The notes under the pieces are model-generated. The model made no database searches. It worked only from the letters and a program-made list of their open reading frames with translations, and was not told the origin of the DNA. This document shows, piece by piece, positions 35,201-40,615 of a stretch of 64,000 nt of DNA (position 1 is its first letter; each line of letters opens with the position of its first letter). The DNA lies in assembly GCA_965207885.1 (NCBI GenBank), contig OZ242311.1, forward strand, positions 96,001 to 160,000, in the 5' to 3' direction. Origin of the DNA: Candidatus Latescibacterota bacterium (GTDB lineage: Bacteria; Latescibacterota; UBA2968). The translations under genes were made by a program, and so were the position numbers.

Positions 35201-35375
35201 CAGAGGCGTGCTCATTGAGCCTTATAGTGGTTTGTCGCTTGATCGTCAGGGCTGGCGAAGGTATCACATGGGCTGGCGAATAGAATTGGATGAGCGAGTA
35301 AATATGAATTTTGAAGGCGATCACAGCGCACAGGGACAAACTGCAATCCGACTTCGCGTCCACTTGATTTGGTAA
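14268..35375 (+). CDS. Giant (7035 aa) Calx-beta/Ig-like repeat surface adhesin with C-terminal autotransporter-like beta-barrel
   Basis: Signal peptide IILSFFVFLIFIAFGSIPAKA|Q; FSIADVSVTEG..DY..D.VDE.DETFLV.LS..GTITDND Calx-beta repeats; C-terminal WTLWGQG, GYLGIDY, SLVPYAHY, EWGAS; terminal Trp; true start uncertain because of the C11 tract. Confidence 0.9.
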   Translation: MFTPPPIIRSNWEKHRPPKPDKQTCFAQGECPKSVVGTTRTASREANGCKIILSFFVFLIFIAFGSIPAKAQSFSIADVNVAEGSVATFTVTRSGATGTTVSVKWNTANDADGDDPAEANDYTAQTTKQTLNFAIGDASKTFTVATTDDAVDENNETFLVLLSEASGATISDAEAVGTITDDDHAGMMVNDSATFVGESLSRPHTVWLTSEPTDDVTVTVTVDDENFLTASPEMLTFTTQNWNTAQTVTITPVDDDVFRGFPWKSFTYTAAGGGYDDFTHTVRVQIWDNDLWEWRTYPEASIQNESFRLGPASFETSLIYTLESRNENLATVSPSSFTVTHNENPPPDFSGDYPQEFTVTILDNDLVGDQTVELLGTFIRPSPTHPPNYRVFPPLLITITDNDRGVSLSANPNPVPEGSSVTVTATLTRALADTVGTIPVTIPVTLTAGTAESGDFGSLANINITIARAQASGTGTISITNDAIDEINETFSVGLGTLPSQFQPGSPNSVEVTITDDDTKGVTVAPTSLTVTEAAGTTHTATYTVVLTSQPTGNVTVEVESDDTDAATVDESTLTFSTSDWSTAQTVTVTGVDNNVDDGTSRSATVEHTVSGADYAGEDASDVDVTVTDDDAAPSFSIADVSVTEGSAATFTVTRSGATGTTVSVKWNTANDADGDDPAEANDYTAVSTKQTLSFGVGVTSLTFNVQTTNDSVDEGDETFLVQLSEASAGTSITDDEAVGTITDNDTKGVTVDPTSLTVTEAAGSTRTATYTVVLTSQPTGNVTVEVASDDTDAATVDKSRLTFSTSTWSTAQTVTVTGVDNQLDDGTSRSATVEHTVSGADYAGVDASDVDVTVTDDDAAPSFSIADVSVTEGSAATFTVIRSGATGTTVSVKWNTANDASGTDPAEANDYTAVSTKQTLNFAIGDASKTFNVQTTNDSVDEDDETFLVQLSEATGATISTATATGTITDNDTKGVTVAPTSLTVTEAAGSTRTATYTVVLTSQPTGNVTVEVESDDTDAATVDESTLTFSTSDWSTAQTVTVTGVDNNVDDGTSRSATVEHTVSGADYAGEDAPDVDVTVTDDDAAPSFSIADVSVTEGSTATFTVIRSGATGTTVSVKWNTANDATGDDPAEANDYTAQTTKQTLSFGVGITSLTFSVQTTNDSVDEDDETFLVQLSEASAGTSITDDEAVGTITDNDTKGVTVAPTSLTVTEAAGTTRTATYTVVLTSQPTGNVTVEVASDDTDAATVDKSRLTFSTSTWSTAQTVTVTGVDNQLDDGTSRSATVEHTVSGADYAGEDASDVDVTVTDDDAAPTFSIADVSVTEGSVATFTVTRSGATGTTVSVKWNTANDADGDDPAESNDYTAQTTKQTLSFGVGITSLTFSVQTTNDSVDEDDETFLVQLSEASAGTSITDDEAVGTITDNDTKGVTVAPTSLTVTEAAGSTRTATYTVVLTSQPTGNVTVEVASDDTDAATVDKSRLTFSTSTWSTAQTVTVTGVDNNVDDGASRSATIENEVSGADYASVEASDVDVTVTDDDAAPTFSIADVSVTEGSAATFTVTRSGATGTTVSVKWNTANDASGTDPAEANDYTAQTTKQTLNFAIGDASKTFTVATTNDAVDEGDETFLVQLSEATGATITDAEAVGTITDNDTKGVTVDPTSVTVTEAAGSTRTATYTVVLTSQPTGNVTVEVASDDTDAATVDKSRLTFSTSTWSTAQTVTVTGVDNQLDDGTSRSATVEHTVSGADYAGVDASDVDVTVTDDDAAPSFSIADVSVTEGSAATFTVIRSGATGTTVSVKWNTANDADGDDPAEANDYTAVSTKQTLSFGVGVTSLTFSVQTTNDAVDEGDETFLVQLSEATGATISTATATGTITDNDTKGVTVAPTSVTVTEAAGSTRTATYTVVLTSQPTGNVTVEVASDDTDAATVDESRLTFSTSTWSTAQTVTVTGVDNQLDDGTSRSATVEHTVSGADYAGVDASDVDVTVTDDDAAPTFSIADVSVTEGSAATFTVTRSGATGTTVSVKWNTANDATGDDPAEANDYTAQTTKQTLSFGVGITSLTFSVQTTNDSVDEDDETFLVQLSEASTGTSITDDEAVGTITDNDTKGVTVAPTSLTVTEAAGTTRTATYTVVLTSQPTGNVTVEVASDDTDAATVDKSRLTFSTSTWSTAQTVTVTGVDNNVDDGASRSATVEHTVSGADYAGVDASDVDVTVTDDDAEPTFSIADVSVTEGSAATFTVIRSGATGTTVSVKWNTANDGDGDDPAEANDYTAVSTKQTLSFGVGVTSQTFNVQTTNDAVDEDDETFLVQLSEATGATISTATATGTITDNDTKGVTVDPTSLTVTEAAGSTRTATYTVVLTSQPTGNVTVEVASDDTDAATVDESRLTFSTSTWSTAQTVTVTGVDNQLDDGTSRSATVEHTVSGADYAGVDASDVDVTVTDDDAAPTFSIADVSVTEGSAATFTVIRSGATGTAVSVKWNTANDGDGDDPAEANDYTAQTTKQTLSFGANDAIKTFTVATTNDAVDEDDETFLVQLSEASAGTSITDDEAVGTITDNDTKGVTVAPTSLTVTEAAGNTRTATYTVVLTSQPTGNVTVEVESDDTDAATVDESTLIFSTSDWSTAQTVTVTGVDNQLDDGASRSATIEHMVSGADYAGEDASDVDVTVTDDDTAPAFSIGDVSVTEGSVATFTVTRSGALGSVASVKWNTADDASGTDPAEANDYTAQTSKQTLNFGANDAIKTFTVATTNDAVDEGDETFLVELSEATGATISDAEAVGTITDNDTKGVTVTPTSVTVTEAAGTTRTATYTVVLTSQPTGNVTVEVESDDTDAATVDESRLTFSTSTWSTAQTVTVTGVDNNVDDGTSRSATVEHTVSGADYASVQASDVDVTVTDDDAAPTFSIADVSVTEGSAATFTVTRSGATGTTVSVKWNTANDADGDDPAEANDYTAVSTKQTLSFGVGVTSLTFNVQTTNDSVDEGDETFLVQLSEATGATISTATATGTITDNDTKGVTVAPTSLTVTEAAGSTRTATYTVVLTSQPTGNVTVEVASDDTDAATVDKSRLIFSTSTWNTAQTVTVTGVDNQLDDGASRSATVEHTVSGADYAGVDASDVDVTVTDDDAAPTFSIADVSVTEGSAATFTVTRSGATGTAVSVKWNTANDATGDDPAEANDYTAQTTKQTLSFGVGITSLTFNVQTTNDSVDEDDETFLVELSEATGATISTATATGTITDNDTKGVTVDPTSLTVTEAAGSTRTATYTVVLTSQPTGNVTVEVASDDTDAATVDKSRLTFSTSTWSTAQTVTVTGVDNQLDDGTSRSATVEHTVSGADYAGEDASDVDVTVTDDDAAPTFSIADVSVTEGSAATFTVTRSGATGTAVSVKWNTADDASGTDPAESNDYTAQTSKQTLNFAIGDASKTFTVATTNDAVDEGDETFLVQLSEATGATISDAEAVGTITDNDTKGVTVAPTSLTVTEAAGSTRTATYTVVLTSQPTGNVTVEVESDDTDIATVDESTLTFSTSTWSTAQTVTVTGVDNNVDDGTSRSATVEHTVSGADYAGEDASDVDVTVTDDDAAPTFSIADVSVTEGSAATFTVTRSGATGTTVSVKWNTANDASGTDPAEANDYTAQTTKQTLNFAIGDASKTFTVATTNDAVDEGDETFLVQLSEATGATISTATATGTITDNDTKGVTVEPTSVTVTEAAGSTRTATYTVVLTSQPTGNVTVEVASDDTDAATVDKSRLTFSTSTWSTAQTVTVTGVDNQFDDGTSRSATVEHTVSGADYAGIDASDVDVTVTDDDAAPTFSIADVSVTEGSAATFTVTRSGATGTTVSVKWNTANDATGDDPAEANDYTAQTTKQTLSFGANDAIKTFTVATTNDAVDEDDETFLVQLSEASAGTSITDAEAVGTITDNDTKGVTVDPTSLTVTEAAGTTRTATYTVVLTSQPTGNVTVEVASDDTDAATVDKSRLTFSTSNWSTAQTVTVTGVDNQLDDGASRSATIEHEVSGADYAGVEASDVDVTVTDDDTAPAFSIGDVSVTEGSAATFTVTRNGATGTAVSVKWNTANDASGTDPAESNDYTAQTTKQTLSFGVGITSLTFSVQTTNDSVDEDDETFLVELSEASAGTSITDDEAVGTITDDDTKGVTVAPTSLTVTEAAGSTRTATYTVVLTSQPTGNVTVEVASDDTDAATVDKSRLTFSTSNWSTAQTVTVTGVDNQLDDGTSRSATIENEVSGADYASVEASDVDVTVTDDDTAPAFSIGDVSVTEGSVATFTVTRSGALGSVASVKWNTADDASGTDPAEANDYTAQTSKQTLNFGANDAIKTFTVATTNDAVDEGDETFLVQLSEATGATISDAEAVGTITDNDTKGVTVAPTSLTVTEAAGTTRTATYTVVLTSQPTGSVTVEVASDDTDAATVDESRLTFSTSTWSTAQTVTVTGVDNNVDDGASRSATIEHTVSGADYASVDASDVDVTVTDDDAAPSFSIADVSVTEGSAATFTVTRSGATGTTVSVKWNTANDASGTDPAEANDYTAVSTKQTLSFGVGVTSQTFNVQTTNDAVDEGDETFLVQLSEASGATITDAEAVGTITDDDTKGVTVDPTSLTVTEAAGTTRTATYTVVLTSQPTGSVTVAVESDDTDAATVDESTLTFSTSTWSTAQTVTVTGVDNQLDDGTSRSATIDHEVSGADYASVEASDVDVTVTDDDTAPAFSIGDVSVTEGSVATFTVTRSGALGSVASVKWNTANDASGTDPAEANDYTAQTSKQTLSFGANDAIKTFTVATTNDAVDEGDETFLVQLSEASTGTSITDAEAVGTITDDDTKGVTVDPTSLTVTEAAGTTRTATYTVVLTSQPTGSVTVEVESDDTDAATVDESRLTFSTSTWSTAQTVTVTGVDNQLDDGTSRSATIDHEVSGADYASVEASDVDVTVTDDDTAPAFSIGDVSVTEGSVATFTVTRSGALGSVASVKWNTANDASGTDPAEANDYTAQTSKQTLSFGANDAIKTFTVATTNDAVDEGDETFLVQLSEATGATISDAEAVGTITDNDTKGVTVAPTSLTVTEAAGTTRTATYTVVLTSQPTGSVTVEVASDDTDIATVDESRLTFSTSTWSTAQTVTVTGVDNQLDDGASRSATIEHAVSGADYAGVDASDVDVTVTDDDAEPSFTIIEPMPVVSIFPTSQIESVGTIVFSVQLSRTSQQIIKMFCMSVDETAVAGEDYEAEIDTLKISPNTMSEEIEMRLFDDDEVEGDETFKMVLSDLANAQFAGNAQKISTQATIIDDDEPDVMVSFYQSHYTISEGGKAVQIRVEISSGLEDRVELPLSVVHRNGATKADYSGVPEKIVFETWDDFKTFEVMAIDDDDDDDDEAVILDFDTPLPDGISTGGSTTIEIIDNDDPLVTVFYGKENYEIVEGGTKKLLSVHLSAAPLRRVEIPLLAVPANGATQADYSPIPERIIFMPNQIERTFVVSAIDDDDDDDGETVSLGFGPLPDRVNEGSLSTLHIIDNDNPEVTVSYGQENYEIIEGGNAVQVTVHLSADPERRVVIPLWMSLSSVSGATESDYTGVPEQIVFESGETVKTFTVRAKDDDEIEDDERVRMRFRSLPDGVNAGSLSTLHIIDNDNPVVTVSFDQSHYTATEGEDAVTITVSLSTDPKRRVEIPLLVTPENGATQADYTGVPEQIVFESGETVKTFALLATDDNVDDDGETITLRFGTLPDGVNNGGSTSVALVDNDDPVVTVSFDQSHYTATEGEDAVTITVSLSADPKRRVEIPLLVTPENGATQADYTGVPEQIVFESGETVKTFALLATDDNVDDDGETITLRFGTLPDGVNNGGSTSVALVDNDDPVVTVSFDQSHYTATEGEDAVTITVSLSADPKRRVEIPLLVTPENGATQADYTGVPEQIVFESGETVKTFALLATDDNVDDDGETITLRFGTLPDGVNNGGSTSVALVDNDDPVVTVSFDQSHYTATEGEDAVTITVSLSADPKRRVEIPLLVTPENGATQADYTGVPEQIVFESGETVKTFALLATDDNVDDDGETITLRFGTLPDGVNNGGSTSVALVDNDDPVVTVSFDQSHYTATEGEDAVTITVSLSADPKRRVEIPLLVTPENGATQADYTGVPEQIVFESGETVKTFALLATDDNVDDDGETITLRFGTLPDGVNNGGSTSVALVDNDDPVVTVSFDQSHYTATEGEDAVTITVSLSTDPKRRVEIPLLVTPENGATQADYTGVPEQIVFESGETVKTFALLATDDNVDDDGETITLRFGTLPDGVNNGGSASVALVDNDERGVAVSVAALAIAEESTGTYTVVLLSAPTAPVTLQISGMENTDLSVDMSQITFTAANWNIPQEVVVRAYADDDAIVDDGVTLHHAISGGDYDEVVVAPVAVAIIEKDVPVLRIEDQRVREDAGEMVFTATLNMQSSQEVHVSYATSNLTADAGKDYEATQGTLNFAALQTHQTFSVPIIDDDLDEGDETFTVILSTPMHVTISEGKARVFGTIEEDDTLPRAMGLFLSSVGRIVATQTVDNISRRFEDQRSGIRPSFTLGGHPLIQYDSTEKWHAVAALIHNFAAALGADIWIPSLTQGQGSAKAIETMPLLGESGQFDDMETLWDSPLRLRRVTPREVLSRSDFELSLNRSDNGSGWTLWGQGAENEISGQLNTARRIKTNSVSGYLGIDYRFRANTLVGLALTHSVGNFYYNKGANPPLVLSDYSLTSLVPYAHYQMNPKLGFWGLLGLGRGNVDVKHDEETFNTPLTLLMSAAGTRHDLATYRHIDLAIKTDAFFVTVASGAHASLPEMRENVERLRVLLEGRKRHEVGSSSQLIQSVEFGGRWDQGRVVSGAGVDIGGSVKYTHTRGLNLEARGRYLLVHEQARYKEWGASLSLRTDPGWGKRGLLLSVAPVWGVSSQSAGAMWNNTSNLGGGTAYRSSQAPGIRPDRTEVNLGYRFVRRTRGVLIEPYSGLSLDRQGWRRYHMGWRIELDERVNMNFEGDHSAQGQTAIRLRVHLIW
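14275..14285 (+). repeat. C11 homopolymer in the first codons of the adhesin gene
   Basis: TGTTTA-C11-ATAATC. Confidence 0.9.
15820..29810 (+). repeat. Intragenic tandem array of about 20.5 units of 681/684 bp (227/228 aa two-domain unit)
   Basis: KGVTV.PTSLTVTEAAG recurs 21 times; spacing of equivalent positions (16570, 17251, 17935 ... 29530) is always 681 or 684. Confidence 0.95.
31191..33206 (+). repeat. Intragenic tandem array of 6 x 336 bp (112 aa), nearly identical
   Basis: CCTGTTGTGACTGTTTCGTTTGA begins at 31191, 31527, 31863, 32199, 32535 and 32871. Confidence 0.95.
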
Positions 35376-35415
35376 GACATTGCTCAGAGGAGTACCTTAC
35401 CAGTTTCTCAGCACA

Positions 35416-36390
35416 CTACGCGCGGGACGCGCCCAGGGTTTCGAGAACTTGCTTGGGAATTTTGCAAACAAAAGTATAAGCGGGATCATACATATTGCCC
35501 ATATCGTATTCAACGGCCTCGCCCAACAACACATGCACGGTGCGCTCATCCAGCCCAAAATCCGACACAAGCCAGCGGATCATTTCAGTAGTCGCGTGCT
35601 CCACGCACTGATCGAGCGGACGAGCGTTACCCACTGTAAAAATATGCGTATCGTTTTCACCCCGCGGCCACTCAATGGTCTTGCCCTTGTGCAGATGAAC
35701 CGTAAAACGGACATCAAAAGAAATTTCAACACCCGTACCTACAATTTCACCATCGCCCTGAAGCGCGTGCCCATCGCCAATGTGAAAAAGCGCGCCCTCG
35801 ACAAAAACCGGCAAATAAACCGTCGTGCCCTCGTTGAAACGCTTGTAATCCATATTCCCACCGTGCGTGGATGACGTCGCAGTCGAAATCGCCTGCCCCC
35901 GCGGCGGCGCAACCCCAAAACATCCGGGATGCGGATTGAGCGGCAAAATCAGATCCCTCAATGGACGAGTAGCGGGACTGCCATAACCGGGCGTGGTATG
36001 GTCGCGATTGTGAGAAACCTCTACCGGGCGTGCCGTGCGATTTTCAAAATCGATCTCCCATAAAACCCGCGCAATATCATCCTCAAATTTGGGCACATAA
36101 CCCGGATCGAGCACATTGGGCGCAACGCACGCAGACGTATAGCCATGGGACCGATTGGGCATCAAATAATCAAACACAACCGAAATCGAATCCCCCGGCT
36201 CAGCACCCTCAATATAAAAAGGACCCGTCTGGGGATTACCGCCCTCCGTCACCTGCTCGCCCGTCATATCCCTCCCACCCGCACAAACCGTAGTCGTCGA
36301 AAGCGTATCGCCACTTTCAATGGTAAGAACCGGATCGTGGGATCCTATAGTCGTGTGATAATGCGTGGGGCTAAAATTGTGATGTGCCAT
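35416..36390 (-). CDS. Acetamidase/formamidase family protein
   Basis: NPQTGPFYIEGAEPGD, HGGNMDY, GDGHALQGDGEI; AGGAG RBS before ATG 36390. Confidence 0.9.
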   Translation of the reverse strand: MAHHNFSPTHYHTTIGSHDPVLTIESGDTLSTTTVCAGGRDMTGEQVTEGGNPQTGPFYIEGAEPGDSISVVFDYLMPNRSHGYTSACVAPNVLDPGYVPKFEDDIARVLWEIDFENRTARPVEVSHNRDHTTPGYGSPATRPLRDLILPLNPHPGCFGVAPPRGQAISTATSSTHGGNMDYKRFNEGTTVYLPVFVEGALFHIGDGHALQGDGEIVGTGVEISFDVRFTVHLHKGKTIEWPRGENDTHIFTVGNARPLDQCVEHATTEMIRWLVSDFGLDERTVHVLLGEAVEYDMGNMYDPAYTFVCKIPKQVLETLGASRA

Positions 36391-36406
36391 AAATGCTCCT
36401 GTGTTT

Positions 36407-37318
36407 TTACGCAATCATCCGTATCTTCTCCTGCGCCTCCCATACACTTTCCCATGACTTGCCGCGATCCTCACTCGTATAAAGCGTCTTACCAACAGCC
36501 GCCCATGCACACCCATCCTTTGAAAACGCGATATGGAACGTATCGATATTGTGCGGAACCGTACCTGGAAAACCCTCTGTAACGTGTTCCCATGTACCAC
36601 CTGCATCATCCGAGCGGTAAAGCTGCCCTGAAGCCTCTCCGTGTGGCCCCTTGCTCACCGTAGCCAGCACACAATCCGGATCATCGGGATGCACGGCAAT
36701 AGCGCGACCGTAATAATAGGGAAAACCCTCAGACCGATGGGACCACGACCTCCCGCGGTCATCGCTCACAAACACCGCACGCGCCGTATTCGCATACACG
36801 CGGTCGTCATCCCGGGGCGAAGTAGCCACCTGGTGAACATCATCGTGTAAATCCGGCGTCACGGGTTCCCAGGTCTCACCGCAATCTGCCGAACGCATAA
36901 TACTACCCACGTGAATATCGGCATAAACCCAGCCATCCGTTGTCCTGGCAAAACTGCGCACATCTGGCGGACCACCCCAGGGCGTGTACCACTTATCGCG
37001 CACCGAAAGCTGGTCAAAAGACTCAACCCGATGCGTCTTCCCATCATCATAACAATAAATACGAGATTCTCCCGTACCGATCAGCAAGCGCAGGGGCTCT
37101 TCATCAACAATAATCAAACACTCGATATCCTCTTCAATACCCGTGGCAACTGTCTGGGACTCCGTTTCGGTACATATAAACAAATCGCCACTCTTGAGCG
37201 CAACAACGCGATAAACCTCGCCTTTGGCAAGTGCGGCAACATCGCCTTCCAAAATCTGCACAGGAGCGTCCTGCTCCTCAAAACCCGCATGTACTGTTCG
37301 CGACGTAGCAATCAACAT
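36407..37318 (-). CDS. BNR/Asp-box repeat beta-propeller protein
   Basis: RSADCGETW, VSDDRGRSW, RSDDAGGTW, TSEDRGKSW Asp-boxes; GGAGG RBS. Confidence 0.8.
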   Translation of the reverse strand: MLIATSRTVHAGFEEQDAPVQILEGDVAALAKGEVYRVVALKSGDLFICTETESQTVATGIEEDIECLIIVDEEPLRLLIGTGESRIYCYDDGKTHRVESFDQLSVRDKWYTPWGGPPDVRSFARTTDGWVYADIHVGSIMRSADCGETWEPVTPDLHDDVHQVATSPRDDDRVYANTARAVFVSDDRGRSWSHRSEGFPYYYGRAIAVHPDDPDCVLATVSKGPHGEASGQLYRSDDAGGTWEHVTEGFPGTVPHNIDTFHIAFSKDGCAWAAVGKTLYTSEDRGKSWESVWEAQEKIRMIA

Positions 37319-37463
37319 AACGCACCTCCATGTTTAAGTTTAAAAGCAATTTAACGGATCACCCCACCCCTGTAAACCCCAAAATCCATAGCCTGACAAT
37401 TCTAAAAACTTGACAAACACAGAAATGTCGGATTATTTGTATTCTACATAAAGGAGATCTATA

Positions 37464-38312
37464 ATGAATAATTGGAAACCCACCGACGAACAAAAACACC
37501 AATGGGAAGAAAAGGGATTCTTTATCGAGCGCAACGTCGTACCAGAAGACACTGCTTTTGACATGCGCGGCGTCATAAAAAACGAACTGCTCAAACCCGA
37601 GCCAAGTGGCAACCCCAATGCAGATCCCATGGACCCCATGGGCGACACCCCCGAAGCGCGCGCCTTGAGATTTCGAAAATTGGGCAACTTCTGCGTCGAA
37701 TCCCCCCTCATCTGGCATACATTTCACACCGGACGAGAAATGCTCGCCATGGCGCGATATTTTTTGGACAACGACATCATCGTCAAATTCAACAGCGTAT
37801 TTGTAAAACCCGCCAAAACGGGCAGTGCAACACCCTGGCACCAGGACAACGGCCTCTGGCGCGACGGAGAAACCGAACCCTTTAATGCCTGGATGGCACT
37901 CGACCCGGCAACCCGCGAAAATGGGTGTATGCAATTTGTCCCGGGCAGTCACAAAGGTGAGATAGTACAACACGTCATGTACGAAGACAGCATTCACGGT
38001 GAACTGCCCCGCGACCTCGTAAAAACGCGCATAGAACAATGCGGCACAGAACACATCGAACTCAACCCGGGCGATGTGGTCTGCTGGCACAGCAGCCTGT
38101 GGCATTACAGCCCGCCAAACCCCAGTCCAAACAGCCGCATAGCCATTGCGGGCGTGTGGACAAACCCGAAAATCAACGCCGGGCGCATGCGTCCGCTACA
38201 CCGCTGGGGCATGAAAAGCGGCCAAATCTGCACCGCATTTCCCCCCGAATTCGTCCAGAACGAAAACGGTAAATTCCACCAGCCAGGAGACTTTCCCAAA
38301 GCCTCACAATAA
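37464..38312 (+). CDS. Phytanoyl-CoA dioxygenase (PhyH) family Fe/2OG dioxygenase
   Basis: TPWHQD, WMALD, NGCMQFVPGSH, WHYSPPN..R. Confidence 0.9.
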   Translation: MNNWKPTDEQKHQWEEKGFFIERNVVPEDTAFDMRGVIKNELLKPEPSGNPNADPMDPMGDTPEARALRFRKLGNFCVESPLIWHTFHTGREMLAMARYFLDNDIIVKFNSVFVKPAKTGSATPWHQDNGLWRDGETEPFNAWMALDPATRENGCMQFVPGSHKGEIVQHVMYEDSIHGELPRDLVKTRIEQCGTEHIELNPGDVVCWHSSLWHYSPPNPSPNSRIAIAGVWTNPKINAGRMRPLHRWGMKSGQICTAFPPEFVQNENGKFHQPGDFPKASQ

Positions 38313-38316
38313 AACA

Positions 38317-40533
38317 ATGAACAAACAGGGAACCATAGAACGTTCCATAGGTCTGGCAGGTGCTACGGGCGTGGGCATTGGCGCCATCGTCGGAGGCGGC
38401 ATACTCGCACTTGCAGGCGTGGCCTATGCGACCACCGGACCGGCGACACTACTCGTCTTTGCAGCCAATGGTGTAATTGCCGTACTCACAGCATTGAGCT
38501 TTGCCGAGATGTCAACCGCATTCCCTCAGTCCGGCGGCACCTATACATTTGCCAAAAACGTATTATCCGTACGCGCGGCTTTCGCTTTTGGATGGGTGGG
38601 CTGGTTTGCATCCATCGTCGCTGGCGTACTCTACGCAATGGGGTTTGCATCCTATGCTGCCATAGCACTGCAAGAATGTGTGCGGCTTCTCTTTGGCGTC
38701 GCACCAGAATGGCTTCTTGGACAGGCGATGGTCGCAACACTGGCCATAGGCGCAACCGCCTATTATACCTTTGGCCTCATTCGCACGAGCGGAGGCGGAG
38801 ACAACTGGATCAACTTTGCAAAAATGATCGTCTTTGCGGTGCTTATCGGCGGCGGTCTATGGGCGCTCACGGGCCGCAGCCTGGGGGCCATACACGCCAG
38901 CTTGACGCCATTTCTCACCCATGGAACAACGGGATTTTTTCAAGCCATGGGATACACCTTTATCGCCCTCCAGGGTTTTGATCTCATCGCCGCCGTTGCC
39001 GGCGAAGTACGCACCCCCGAACGCACATTGCCGCGGGCCATGCTCTTGTCTCTCGCAGCGGCTCTGGGCGTCTATCTGCCCCTGCTCTTTGTTATCGCGA
39101 CTGTGGGTGTCCCACCTGGACAGACCATAGGTGGCCTGAGTGCCAACCATCCCGAAGTGGTAGTGGCTCTCGCGGCGCGACATTTCCTGGGTGAAACGGG
39201 TTTCTGGCTCGTACTGGTCGCCGCCATCTTGTCCATGCTATCGGCACTACAGGCCAATCTGCTGGCCGCCTCTCGCGTGGCCCTCACCATGGCGCAAGAC
39301 CGCACCCTTCCCGCACCCATTGGCGAAGTACATATTCGCCATAAAACGCCCATAACCGCAATCTGTGTCAGTGCCCTGACAATGGCAACCCTGCTGATGG
39401 TCGTACCAGATGTAGCGGCTGCTGGCGCTGCGGCCAGTTTGATTTTTCTCATCTCTTTTGCCATGACGCACTGGACCAGCATCCTGGCCCGAACGCGACG
39501 GCGAACACCCGCACCATTCCACACGCCATTATTTCCGCTCATTCCCGTTACAGGCGGTCTGTGCTGCGCTGGATTGGCACTCTTTCAGGCCATATCCGTG
39601 CCAACCGCCGGTTTGATCTCGGCGGTATGGCTGGGACTGGGCGGATTATTGTACTGGGCATTATTGGCGCGCCGCGCACGCGTTGTCGATGCCTCTGCCG
39701 AAGCCCTCGACCCACAACTGCTCCAAATGCGCGGTCGCAGCCCTCTGGTCCTCGTACCCGTGGCCAATCCTCAAAATGCCTCTGCCATGGTCGCAGTTGC
39801 CCACGCGCTCGCACCGCCAGGCGTAGGGCGCGTATTGTTATTATCAGTAGTGGCTACCCCAGAAGAGGGATGGCGCGAGGAAAAACCACCTCATACCTTG
39901 CGCGACACACAGACAGTACTCAGAGAAGCCGTAACAGCCTCGTTTGCCGCTGGAATGGCACCCGAAGCACTGATGACCATCGCACCACAACCCTGGCCCG
40001 AAATTGTGCGGGTCTCCCGCGTACACCGCTGTGAGAGCTTATTATTGGGTTTGAGCGACGTCAACAGTGTCCACCTGGAAGAACTCATCAGTTCTGTATC
40101 ATGTGATGTCGTGGTATTGCACGCGCTACCGGGTTGGCACTTAAAGAACGTGCATCGCGTACTGGTGCCCACGCGTGGACTTGGTGCCCACGACAAATTT
40201 CGCGCCCGCTTACTGGGCAGTCTGTGTCGCACGGGCAACCGCGAAGTCACATTTTTGCAGGTATTGCCCGAACACATCAGTGATTTTCAGTGTGACCGCG
40301 CACAGCGCAGACTGACGCAATATGCAAATGAAGAAGTCCCCACCAGAGCCGATGCCCTGGTGGTGCGCCACAACAAACCCCTCGAAGCAATTACAGATCT
40401 GGCAAATAACTACGACCTAACGATTTTGGGGCTGGAGCGCATTGACAAAAACCGCAGACAATTTGGTCAACTCGCACCGGTTCTCGCACAAAATATCACC
40501 TGTGCCACCATCATGATCAGCAGACGAGGGTGA
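38317..40533 (+). CDS. APC-family amino acid permease fused to two universal stress protein-like domains
   Basis: GAIVGGGI, AEMSTAFPQSGGTY, GFD..GEV..P, 12-TM pattern; C-terminal VLVPVANP and VLVPTRG USP-like starts. Confidence 0.85.
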   Translation: MNKQGTIERSIGLAGATGVGIGAIVGGGILALAGVAYATTGPATLLVFAANGVIAVLTALSFAEMSTAFPQSGGTYTFAKNVLSVRAAFAFGWVGWFASIVAGVLYAMGFASYAAIALQECVRLLFGVAPEWLLGQAMVATLAIGATAYYTFGLIRTSGGGDNWINFAKMIVFAVLIGGGLWALTGRSLGAIHASLTPFLTHGTTGFFQAMGYTFIALQGFDLIAAVAGEVRTPERTLPRAMLLSLAAALGVYLPLLFVIATVGVPPGQTIGGLSANHPEVVVALAARHFLGETGFWLVLVAAILSMLSALQANLLAASRVALTMAQDRTLPAPIGEVHIRHKTPITAICVSALTMATLLMVVPDVAAAGAAASLIFLISFAMTHWTSILARTRRRTPAPFHTPLFPLIPVTGGLCCAGLALFQAISVPTAGLISAVWLGLGGLLYWALLARRARVVDASAEALDPQLLQMRGRSPLVLVPVANPQNASAMVAVAHALAPPGVGRVLLLSVVATPEEGWREEKPPHTLRDTQTVLREAVTASFAAGMAPEALMTIAPQPWPEIVRVSRVHRCESLLLGLSDVNSVHLEELISSVSCDVVVLHALPGWHLKNVHRVLVPTRGLGAHDKFRARLLGSLCRTGNREVTFLQVLPEHISDFQCDRAQRRLTQYANEEVPTRADALVVRHNKPLEAITDLANNYDLTILGLERIDKNRRQFGQLAPVLAQNITCATIMISRRG

Positions 40534-40572
40534 TCCGCAGATGAACGCAGATAAACTTCGCCCCCATCCATC

Positions 40573-40598
40573 GTAGGGGCAACCCTCGTGGTTGCCCT
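40573..40598 (+). repeat. GTAG-type REP-like element
   Basis: GTAG-GGGCAACC-CTCGT-GGTTGCCC. Confidence 0.6.
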
Positions 40599-40615
40599 GT
40601 GAAAAGGAGAACACC

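Noticed and set aside
14268-35375. Diversity-generating retroelement or shufflon acting on the adhesin
   Set aside because: No reverse transcriptase or recombinase in the window, no inverted cassettes, and differences between units are not adenine-specific by eye
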